DNA of 64,000 nucleotides from Eukaryota sp. TZLM1-RC (Eukaryota; Protista; Metamonada: BaSk clade). Numbering within the stretch: the stretch's first letter is position 1; each line of letters begins with the position of its first letter. The stretch spans positions 3,534,001-3,598,000 of the forward strand of contig JAUPSS010000002.1 in NCBI GenBank assembly GCA_040285825.1. The letters run 5' to 3'. The notes beneath the pieces were generated by a model, which saw only the letters and a list, made by a program, of their open reading frames with translations, made no database searches and was not told the DNA's origin. Positions 50,573 to 60,435 of this stretch are shown here, one piece after another. The translations under genes and the position numbers were made by a program.

Positions 50573-51236
50573 ATGGCTAGAGATCGTGTTTACTTTGACG
50601 TTACTATCGGTGGTCGTCCTGCTGGACGTGTCGTCTTTGAACTTTACAATGATATCGTTCCCAAAACTGCTGAAAACTTCCGTGCCCTCTGTACCGGTGA
50701 AAAGGGAACCACCCGCAACAAGATTCCTCTCCACTATAAGGGATCTAAATTCCATAGAATCATCCCCGATTTCATGGTTTGTACAGCGTTTTTCTAACGT
50801 TAGGCTCAAGGTAAGTATTTACTCTTTAAACCCTAACCTCATGCGGAGACTTCACTGCTGGCAACGGTACCGGTGGCATGAGTATCTATGGGGAGTGTTT
50901 CAATGACGAAAACTTCACTGTTAAGCACACCAAACCAGGGTATGTCCTTTAATCCTTTTCTAACCATATTCTCCTCTCCATGGCAAACCGTGGCCGTAAG
51001 TATGTTTTGCATTTTAATTCATCATAGCACCAACGGCTCTCAATTCTTCGTGACATTCGTCCCATGTCCGTATGTGACATTATATTATTTATTTTAGTTG
51101 GTTAGACAACAAGCACACCGTCTTTGGAGAAGTTGTTGAAGGAATGGATGTTGTACAAGCTATGGAAAGAGTTCCCACTGGTCCCAACGATGTTCCAAAG
51201 GCCGAAGTCAAGATTGTTGATTGTGGACAACTCTAA
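50573..51236 (+). CDS. Cyclophilin (PPIase), 172 aa, 6 exons: 50573-50776, 50804-50810, 50843-50939, 50970-50999, 51028-51069, 51098-51236
   Basis: The spliced product restores [54 protein letters not shown]; exons total 519 nt. Confidence 0.9.
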
Positions 51237-51476
51237 TTCAACACATGTCCAAAATGATGCTATTGAATAAAACAGTTCGAATTTCATTATATTTCAATAC
51301 AATGTCACTGTTGTTTGATGATAGTTTGACACAATTTTTCATCAGTTCCAAATAATTGCTTGAAACTGGAATTTATTTGGATCTACTTTTTGAGGAAATT
51401 CTCTGGTTCATAACACAAATAACATTGTTGATTTAAGTGCATTTTTTTAGAAGAAATTTCGACAAAATTTTTCAAC

Positions 51477-52244
51477 ATGCATGTACCCCATCTGGAACGA
51501 TTTCTCTTCGTCAAGGGGTTTGTAGATGCTCTTAGTTTCAAAAGAACCTTAATTGTACTGCATCGATCTCAAAGAGTTCGAAACGCTACTATTACCATTT
51601 CTGCAATCAATCTTGTCCTTGTAACATTATTTCTCATTCTGTCATGGACGCTGAACATTTCTTCCTTGTTCAAAATGATTCTTTTTCGTGGTCCCTTTAT
51701 GGTCACCGTCCTTGGCTTGGGTCTTCGATTCCAAAAAATTATCAACGAGCAAGCCATCGAATCTGTTCATTCACTACTACCGCGGCCGTCCCGATCTGAT
51801 TTCGATGAAGAGCAACTCAACTCATTTTTCAGACTAAGCATCATTATCACGTATGGTATTCAGGCGACGATTCTTTCAAAAATCCCTTTTGGCACCATTA
51901 TTGATATCTTTCTCACTTCTCTCCAAACGTCGCTCTATGCCTTTGAATACCAGCTGCGGTTTCAAGGACAGTCATTCAGCCAGATTTGTGGTATAATTGA
52001 GTCTAATTGGACTTACTTTGCTGGTTTTGGTCTACCAATGGCTCTATTTAAATTACTTCTTCCTGGAAAGCTTTCATTTTTTGCTTTCCCCATCTTGCTT
52101 CCTTTTCTTATTCTCACCGCTTCCACCGCTAGCGCTAACCAGACTGTCACAACTGCTCCTCGTGTTAGGGTGTTTTTCCTACCTTCCTATTTGGGAAGGC
52201 TTGGTATCGGAAAATACAGAGAAGTTGTTGAGAAAATGCACTAA
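51477..52244 (+). CDS. EI24 (etoposide-induced 2.4)-like membrane protein
   Basis: Multi-pass TM protein with YAFEY..IESNWTYFAGFGLP motif. Confidence 0.75.
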   Translation: MHVPHLERFLFVKGFVDALSFKRTLIVLHRSQRVRNATITISAINLVLVTLFLILSWTLNISSLFKMILFRGPFMVTVLGLGLRFQKIINEQAIESVHSLLPRPSRSDFDEEQLNSFFRLSIIITYGIQATILSKIPFGTIIDIFLTSLQTSLYAFEYQLRFQGQSFSQICGIIESNWTYFAGFGLPMALFKLLLPGKLSFFAFPILLPFLILTASTASANQTVTTAPRVRVFFLPSYLGRLGIGKYREVVEKMH

Positions 52245-52369
52245 CCGCAACCTTTTTTTGACCAAGCGTGTTGGCTTTTTCAAAATTCAATTTTGCGTTT
52301 TTGAATGTTTATAAAGGATTTTTTATTGCTTGTTTTTGTTTACATCTTTTGCAACAAAATTAACAATAA

Positions 52370-54145
52370 TTTGTGAAGGCTTGGATTTTAATGTTCGTCT
52401 TGGCTCGGCCAAAAAAGATGATCCCGTTTCGGCAAATTTTTTGTTAGATGCCCAAAACAGTTCCTTTTCGTGTTTAATTACTCAGGTTCCTCAAATTTAT
52501 GGTCTTCTTTTAAATGATACCGAATTTTCTTCAACAATGCGCCTTAGATGTTTCATTTGGCCCAATAACGTTCCTCAAAATTTGATTTGTAAATGTGGAT
52601 CAAAAATTTCTCCAAATCCTTTATTCAATTGTAAACATTTTATTTCTTTTCGGTCAAATAGTCCATGATGCAGTTAGAGATTAGCTCTATTGTATGTAAC
52701 AGTCTCACAAAAATGTCTTCTATTTGGAACCATTACTTTCTCATTTGGTTGTTGAGGACACTTTGAGTTCTTTTGGTCGTAACAGAGGTGATTTAATGCT
52801 TGAAGGACTTGATGGGACCACTATCATTACTGATGTGTGTAATAATTCTTTCATACCATTAGCTTAGTCATAACACAAAAATCCGCTGTCTGTTGCGGAA
52901 AATTCTAAAATTGATAAATTTAAAGCAAAGTTTTTTCTTGAATGCTGAATCCCACACTTATTATGTCCTCCATCCATTTGCTTTTTCCTTACATGATACG
53001 CTTGGATCACTTACTTTATCTTTCTAGGATGATTTTGTTGAAATTGCAAAACAACATAGATGAAGAATTTTTGACAAAATGTTTTGGCGGAACAGAATTG
53101 TATTTTCAATTTTTAAAGGTGTTGTCCCCTTATTGTCTTCTGCTTTATTATCTCTTGGTCGCTTTTATGAAGGAAAAACTTTCGTCAATTCTTTTTGGCT
53201 GATTTGGGATATGAATATTGAGAAAAAAATCTTGACAGTTTTAAAAAACTTGGATTATATTGTACGTCTTAGCTTGGCTAAAGAAAAAAATCCCGTTTTT
53301 GCAAACTTTTTGATTGACCTTGAAGACAGTTGCTCAAGTTGCCTAATCTCCCAACTTCCCAACATTTATGGCCTTCTACTTAATGATCACCAATGGACCA
53401 CTGCAATGAGAATGAGATGTTTTCTATGGCCTTGTTCTTTACCAAATGATTTAATTTGTCGCTGCAAGAGTGTTGTTACGCTTTCCCATATTTTAAACTG
53501 TAAGTATTTTATAACTTATTGCTCAATTGTTCATGACTCAGTTCGTGATCAATTATATGCCATGTGCAAAAGTTTCAATATAGAGGCATTTATTGAGCCA
53601 TTAGTACGTAAGCTGTCTTCAGATCAAACTGATGATTCCTTTGGTAAAAGAAGGGCAGATTTAGTAGCTCCAGGGATCGATGGTGTTCTCAATGTTGTAG
53701 ATGTTGTCTCGGTTGATGTTTGCAAAAATTCTGCTGCTCGTTTAGTGTATTCCGCTGATTCTCCGTTATCTAACGCTGAAAAAAGAGAACAAAATAATAT
53801 GAAGAACCATTGGCATAATTAGGTAGAGTCGAACATGTGAAATATCAGTTTGTGCCGTTTGCAATTTCTCTTTTTGGCAATATTGGACCTTCAGGGTTGT
53901 ACTTTCTTGAAAATTTCAAAAAAGTGTTACTGAATAGGTCTAGTAAAACAATGAATTCCACTTTCTGGTTAAATAGAATTGTGTTTTGCATTTTCAAGTC
54001 TATTCCAACAATGATTTCCAAGGCGCTTTTAGCTATTGGTGTAGAATATGAACGTAATGCTGTGAGAGGTTTAGTCATAGTGACGCTTGTTTGGAGGATA
54101 TTGAATTCTAGACAGTTTTTTTTCTCATCAAATATTCCAGTTTAA
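52370..54145 (+). mobile_element. Tandem decayed CRE 3' halves: family D (52370-53220) then family B-like (53220-54145)
   Basis: Zinc knuckle and RLE motifs homologous to 37652-38386 and 32342-33250. Confidence 0.8.
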
Positions 54146-54456
54146 AAAAATATTGAGAATTGTAATTTTGGTTGGAAAAAAATGCGTTATCTTATTGTTT
54201 CTAGAATACTTTCCACGTATTTACATTAGTAGAATCATTATCTAAAGTTGATATATAACATTAGGTTCAAAAAGTGCAAGTTTTAGTTTTCACAAAAACT
54301 TTATTTACACTGTCACAAACTGCGGACACAGTTCAAAGAATCGTCATCAATTGTTTCTGTTAATAGGCAGAGATGATAATCACGTTGTCCGTTTGATACG
54401 TTCTCTACATAAACAATTTGCTTTTTCTATTTACCTTTTGTTTAATTCAACTGTAC

Positions 54457-55995
54457 AGATCTTCACTCATTGTTTTTGGAAAAGGGTGTTGGTGAAAACA
54501 AGTCATCAGATTCTTCACTTTTTGTAACCATTGTACCACGAAGATTTGGATTGTGTGCCACTAATGAAGCATTTGTAACAAAAATGAGATTATATTTGAA
54601 TATCCCCATTAATCAATTATTATAAAAAGAAAAATGTATTTGTTCGAATTCACCTCAACTCACTTTGCGCCATGCTCTGAATTGCTCTAAATTGATAACT
54701 TATCGTTCTTCATTACATGATGCTGTTAGAGACACTGTTTTCAATATGGCACAAACTGCAAGAATATCGTGTATCAAAGAGCCCCTGCAGAAGGAAACAC
54801 TTTCTCTGAATAATTTTGGTTCTGATTATAGAGGTGATGTATACTGTGATTGGATTGACAATTCTGAAGCTATTGTTGACTTTGTCTCATGTAATGCTGC
54901 AAATGATACTTTGGTTCACAGAAGAAAACTTAATCCTGTGGCTGCTCTGGATTTTAAAGCAAAAGAGAAACATAGAAAATATGACATATTGAAGAGGCTA
55001 ATGTCGATAGAAATACACAGCTGGTTTTTGTTGCTTTCCCATTTTTGATAAATGGAAAATTATCAGATGAAGCAGAAACTTTTTTGAATGACTTCCAAAA
55101 AATGGTGCAAGAAAAAACAATGAAAAGATTTGATATTTTTTTATGGCGTTCACGGATTCACTTTGCCATTATTAATAGATTACCACGGTTTTTCAATTGA
55201 ATAAGAGAAGCTTTAGCTAGACAGCAAGCAAATCAAGATTTTGTAGAGGAAATCTTGGTTCAATGATAGTCGTCCCATTAGTTATGAGTTAATTTAATTA
55301 AGTGTGCAAATTCAATAAATATTATTTTTAATGTACAGTTTCAAAAAAACACTGGGTTTAACCTTAAAATTAAAATTCCAAATCAGTTTTTCATTACTGT
55401 TAAAGACACTCTTTTTAATGTGGGAAGAATGCAAGAATCTCGTGTATCAAACAGCCTCTGCTGAAAGAAACATTGTTATGAAACAAGGTTGGTTCTGATG
55501 ACAGAGGTGATATTTACTGTGATTGGATTGATAACTCTGAAGCTGTTGTTGACTTTGTATCCTGTATTGTTGCAAATGACACTATGGTTCAAAGAAAACT
55601 TAATCTTGTAGGTGCTCTTGAATTTAAGGCCAAAGAAGAACATAGAAAATATGACAAAGATATCGAAAAAGCTAATGCTGATAGAAATAGACCAGTTATT
55701 TATATTGCTTTCCCATTTTCTATAAACGTAGGATTATCAGTAGAAGCAGGAACTTTGTTGAATGATTTCAAAAAATGGTTCAGGAAAAAACAATGAAAAT
55801 ATTTGATACTTTTTTGTGGCGATCGAAAATTGAATTTGCCATAATTAATAGATTGCCTCGGTTTTTCTATTGAATTAGAAAAGCTTTAGCGAGACAGTAA
55901 GTAGGTCAAGATTATGTAGAGGGAATCTTGGTTCAATGATTTTCGTCCCATTATTTTGAGCTTGTTCTGTTTACTGTGGAAGTTTGATAAATAGA
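54457..55995 (+). mobile_element. Two tandem family A 3' copies (54457-55322 recent; 55390-55995 diverged)
   Basis: Match to 10647-11515. Confidence 0.85.
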
Positions 55996-56019
55996 AAATA
56001 TTTCCACCTTCAAAATGAA

Positions 56020-56212
56020 ATGAATTTTCAAAACAAAACTGTAAAGGAATGGGAAGAACTAAGATAATTTCAAATGTTTCCTAGCTTTTAGAAGACCTCA
56101 ATGAAAGTCTTCAAATCCAACGTATTTTGATCTAAGCCAATCATCTCCGGATGGTTAAACTTAGACATGTGGATGTGGTTGAAGAATTGGAAATTGACAT
56201 TTCAGATAGAGT
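56020..56212 (+). ncRNA. Fanzor right-end/omegaRNA-like structured element (same family as 26900-27010)
   Basis: About 130 nt homologous to the reverse complement of 26900-27030; nested stems with a C(UCCG)G tetraloop; preceded by NKTVKEWEE and LAFRRPQ* protein remnants. Confidence 0.6.
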
Positions 56213-56235
56213 ATTTCCAGTGAAAACCACAGACA

Positions 56236-57690
56236 ATGGATGCTTCAACTCTGTTCCAGCAACTTACACAGGGTACTTCTATCAGAAAACCACCTGTATT
56301 CACCAAGTCAGTAGATCATGATGTCTTTGCACTTAATGAATCTGTTGTCCCTACTGAATCCTCTCGAAAGTCACGAAAGTCTTCATCCAAACCCTCTAAA
56401 AAGATCAAGCAAGAAGAACCAATGGATGATGAAACCATATCCTCTATTAGATCCTCGCTCCAGATCAATATTGATGATCCTCACACACCTGCTCCTCTCC
56501 TCTCATTCAACGACCTTTCCACCTACTCCCTCCCCTCTTCTATAATATCCTCTCTCACAGACCGTTTCTGTCATCCTACTCCCATTCAACGCCAGGTAAT
56601 CCCATGTATCTGTGAGAAACGTGATGTCCTCGGTCTAGCTCCCACAGGATCAGGTAAAACAATAGCCTATCTCGCCCCCATTCTAGGTAAAATTCTTGCA
56701 AAACCTAAATCAAAAGCCAAGGGTCTTCGAGTTCTTATACTAGTTCCTACCGCTGAACTTGCTTCCCAGGTATTCAACGAAGCATGTTTACTGGCTCCAA
56801 TGCTCAACATCAAGCAGCTAAATAAGAAGACGGTCAAGGCTAGTGCATCAAGTAAGAGTTTATCTTGTCACGTGTTAATTTCAACTCCTCTATATTTAAT
56901 TCAAGTTTTGGAAGTTATACCTGAATTGTTAGTTAATTTAAAGTTTTTGGTAATTGACGAGGTCGATAAACTACTTGATAATAGATTTGTTCAGCAGTTT
57001 GATGCAATTATGAATGGAATTGGTGCTAGTTGTCGGAAGTCACTATTTTCAGCGACATTACATAATAAGTTGAGTGTCTTTGTTCGCAATATTTTGACAT
57101 GTGATCCTGTAAACGTCACAATAGGTCAAAAAAACGCGTCATCATCACGGGTCAGTCAAGCTGTTTCTTATTGTGGGTCAGAAAAGGGTAAACTTTTCTC
57201 TCTTGGTCAAGTCCTCTCTGGCCAACCAATATTTACGAATCAAAGTAACCCAGTTCTGGCTGAGTTTGATAAACTAACCCCTCCTATTTTAATCTTTGTT
57301 GAATCAAAAGATAAGGCAAGAAAACTTTATAAAGATGTTTTATTACTAAATATCTGTGATTCTGTTGAGGTTATTCATGCTGATCGGAGCAAAAAAGCGC
57401 GCGAAGAAGCCTTACAGCGTTTCAGGAGCGGAATTTCTTGGGTTTTGATTTGTACAGACTTGGCAGCGAGAGGGCTGGATTTAAAAAGTGTAAATTTGGT
57501 AATTAATTTTGATATTCCTGGGCCAATAGATTATGTTCATAGGATAGGTAGGGTTGGTCGTGGTATTTCCAGAGGAAAAGCCTTGACTTTGATGACTGAT
57601 GATGACGTGGCAAAGGCAAGGTTTATTAGCGATATTGTGGTTAATAGTGGTGGTTATGTACCTCCTTTTCTGGAAAAAAAGAGTAGTTGA
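56236..57690 (+). CDS. DDX52: DEAD-box RNA helicase ROK1/DDX52
   Basis: APTGSGKT, DEVD, SAT, YCGSEKGKL, PPILIFVESK, WVLICTDLAARGLD and HRIGRVGR. Confidence 0.8.
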   Translation: MDASTLFQQLTQGTSIRKPPVFTKSVDHDVFALNESVVPTESSRKSRKSSSKPSKKIKQEEPMDDETISSIRSSLQINIDDPHTPAPLLSFNDLSTYSLPSSIISSLTDRFCHPTPIQRQVIPCICEKRDVLGLAPTGSGKTIAYLAPILGKILAKPKSKAKGLRVLILVPTAELASQVFNEACLLAPMLNIKQLNKKTVKASASSKSLSCHVLISTPLYLIQVLEVIPELLVNLKFLVIDEVDKLLDNRFVQQFDAIMNGIGASCRKSLFSATLHNKLSVFVRNILTCDPVNVTIGQKNASSSRVSQAVSYCGSEKGKLFSLGQVLSGQPIFTNQSNPVLAEFDKLTPPILIFVESKDKARKLYKDVLLLNICDSVEVIHADRSKKAREEALQRFRSGISWVLICTDLAARGLDLKSVNLVINFDIPGPIDYVHRIGRVGRGISRGKALTLMTDDDVAKARFISDIVVNSGGYVPPFLEKKSS

Positions 57691-58529
57691 TTTTAGTTTT
57701 AGTTTAATTGAACTTTTAATTCAGTTGGTTGAGTGTTTTAGTTTTAGTTTAATTAGTAAATTGTAGTTTTTTAATGGTTTTGGTTTAAATAGAGCATTTA
57801 CTGAAATACCTGAAAATATTGGTAAATTTTTCATCTCCACATGAGGTAATCAACGTAAGGATTTGAGAGAGAAATGGTGACGTCATCCTCATTAGTGTTC
57901 CACTCAATTTGGTTAAATTCAAAAAAATTAAAAAAGGGCTGGGATCATCGTAACAACATTCAAGTTTGGTTGATATGTTTCGGAATAAGAAGAATTGTGT
58001 AGGTGATATTGATGACTTTAAATAATCGTTAAAATTGTAACAAATGTTTTGATTAATAAAAGTATTCAACTCAAATCAAATCTGATTATTATTATTATTT
58101 ATTTTTGTGGTCTAAATTTATATATATATTTTTTGTCATTTAATTCATTGATATTCTACTTTTGAAATTTTGAATCTTCATTAAACACATCATGGATAGT
58201 TCGTTTTTGGTTACAAGGTTTCTTATGAAGGTTGCTCTATTAATGCCCTTTTGTGGAGATACTCTCATCAGATGAGTGTGCTGATCATCAGAGGAGTAGG
58301 AAGTAGATGAATGAAAATTGTTTTCAAGGTCTGTGAAAATCATTGGATCGGAGAAGCAAAAGGCGAGACAGTACGCAGATTAGGTTATTGTGGTGAAATT
58401 TTTGCGTCAGGATTTATCAGTGTGAAATATGAGTTTAGTTACAATTTCAATTTGTCCAGAGTCGAATGTTTTTGAAGGCGTTGTAAAGATTTTTCACATT
58501 TTTTCACTCATCTCCCTATTTATTTATCG

Positions 58530-58840
58530 AATAAAGAATAAAAAATCATCAAATACACAATTCAAACTGCACATCCTGAAGACTTGCCTCCCCTTCATCG
58601 AAACAGTTAATTACTAAAGATTCAGAAAATTTACCAAAAGAAGAGCGTGAATTAGAAATAAATTTCACCATTTCCTTATAAATAGAAAATACAATCCTGT
58701 TTTGCCAGTAGACACGATGGAAAATTATTCCAGTTCTTTCCTTTACAACTACATCAAAATCCTTGAGGAAAGCCACAGCAGTCTTATCTAAAGATCCAAG
58801 CAAAGAAAAAACAAAGGGACATAAATATATTGGGCATGAG
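58530..58840 (-). mobile_element. CRE family E 3' end
   Basis: Homologous to 810-1076. Confidence 0.75.
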
Positions 58841-59059
58841 AATACTCTTCAGAATTGTATTTGTGTTTATCTCAAACATCGATTTGTAATTTATTATTGA
58901 AAGAAATGTTCAGAAACATACAAAAAACCTTATTGATGCCACCCATGCATATTGTTGAGGTAAAAAGAATTGAGAAAAGAAAAAAAAGAAATTGAGAGCA
59001 AAAATAGCGATGGAAGTTGATTTTTTGTAATCTTTAAAATCTTGATACAATCTTAATCC

Positions 59060-59683
59060 ATGGCCAAACCAGATCCTCAGAAACCCCTTGCTCTCTACAA
59101 CAACCCTCGTGAGCGTGCAGAAGTAGAGAAACGTGCAAATATGTACACCCTTCTCAAATCTCTACACTACCTTGAAGACCTCTACTTCACAATGACCAAC
59201 TTTGACACATCACAGTACGAATCCCATTGTTCTGAATTAATTGGTAAAATCAAAGCCCTTCAGAACGCTACCGGCTTCAACCCGAAAACCTTCTCCAGCG
59301 AATACGACATGCATGTGGATTATGCCCTCAAGCGTCTAGATGCTGGCATACCAGCAACACAAGAATTTGGTCTTGTCAAGAAGGAAATCAATATGTCTGC
59401 AGTAGCAAACACAACGCAACTCTTCATCTCTGCCATGGACTGTGTTCAGATGAATATGCTGGGAGTGGACCAACTTCACCCCTATCTCCGTGATTTGCTC
59501 TCTCATTTAGATAGTCATGCACATTTACCTACAGACTTTGTGTCGAAAGAACTCGTCAGGAAGTGGTTAAAGAAGTTTAGCGAGGTTGGGGTTAGTCACC
59601 AATTGAGCGAAGACGAAGGGAAGCAGCTACATCACGATTTGGATAATTCTTATGATGAATTTAAGAAAAGTTTGGATAGATAA
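59060..59683 (+). CDS. VPS28: ESCRT-I subunit Vps28
   Basis: ERAEVEKRANMY..LEDLY..YESHCSELI..FISAMD..DQLHPYL..QLHHDLDNSY. Confidence 0.85.
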   Translation: MAKPDPQKPLALYNNPRERAEVEKRANMYTLLKSLHYLEDLYFTMTNFDTSQYESHCSELIGKIKALQNATGFNPKTFSSEYDMHVDYALKRLDAGIPATQEFGLVKKEINMSAVANTTQLFISAMDCVQMNMLGVDQLHPYLRDLLSHLDSHAHLPTDFVSKELVRKWLKKFSEVGVSHQLSEDEGKQLHHDLDNSYDEFKKSLDR

Positions 59684-60311
59684 TTTGTAAATAAATTTTT
59701 TTGATCAACAATTGTTTTTTTAAAAAAAATATTTAGTATTCAATTCAAAAATTAGATTCTTTGTTCTTTGTACGTCAAATAGACTAAAAAAGTGTTCTAT
59801 ACTATTGAAGAAACCTTGGTTCAATGAATTTGGTCCCAATAGTTATAAATTATTTTATTAACTGTGCAAGTTCAATAACAATACTATTGAGATTTTTTGT
59901 ATATTGTTTCTAAACATATAATCTTTACTTTTTTTAATTAAATTTGTTTGAAGAACAGCAAAGACAACTAAAAAAACAACACAACATAATGAAAAGTTTG
60001 TTGCCTGAACAATTCATTATCAAGTCAAATATATTTCTACTCCATACTTTGAGATTCCAGGTGATAGATTGTGTGTAAGCATATTAGCAATTGATTTAAG
60101 AATTACAAACACGAATGTACTTTCTTCTTTTGATCGCTTTTCGGAATCTTTAAATAAGTAACTATTTCGAAGTAGGAGATGCCTATTTTGATGATGTGGA
60201 GCTTTAGTTGTTGATTTTGATATTATGACCTATATTCGTTTTGAATAAACAACTACAAAGGGGTTAAAGAATCATTAAATGAACATAATGAGGGGGAATT
60301 GAAATGGGACC

Positions 60312-60314
<3 letters not shown>

Positions 60315-60404
<90 letters not shown>
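60315..60404. repeat. (TTTA)n microsatellite, about 22 units
   Basis: Seen directly, just downstream of the BTB gene stop. Confidence 0.95.
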
Positions 60405-60435
60405 TCAATGAAAACCTCAACAACTTAATGAAACC

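Noticed and set aside
50940-50969. U12-type (minor) intron
   Set aside because: Lacks the RTATCCTT 5' site and TCCTTAAC branch point, and has the same geometry as neighbouring U2-type introns.
58850-59059. Possible Fanzor end upstream of VPS28 (AGCGATGG..GATTTT resembles 1915-1940)
   Set aside because: Similarity too short and no protein remnant.
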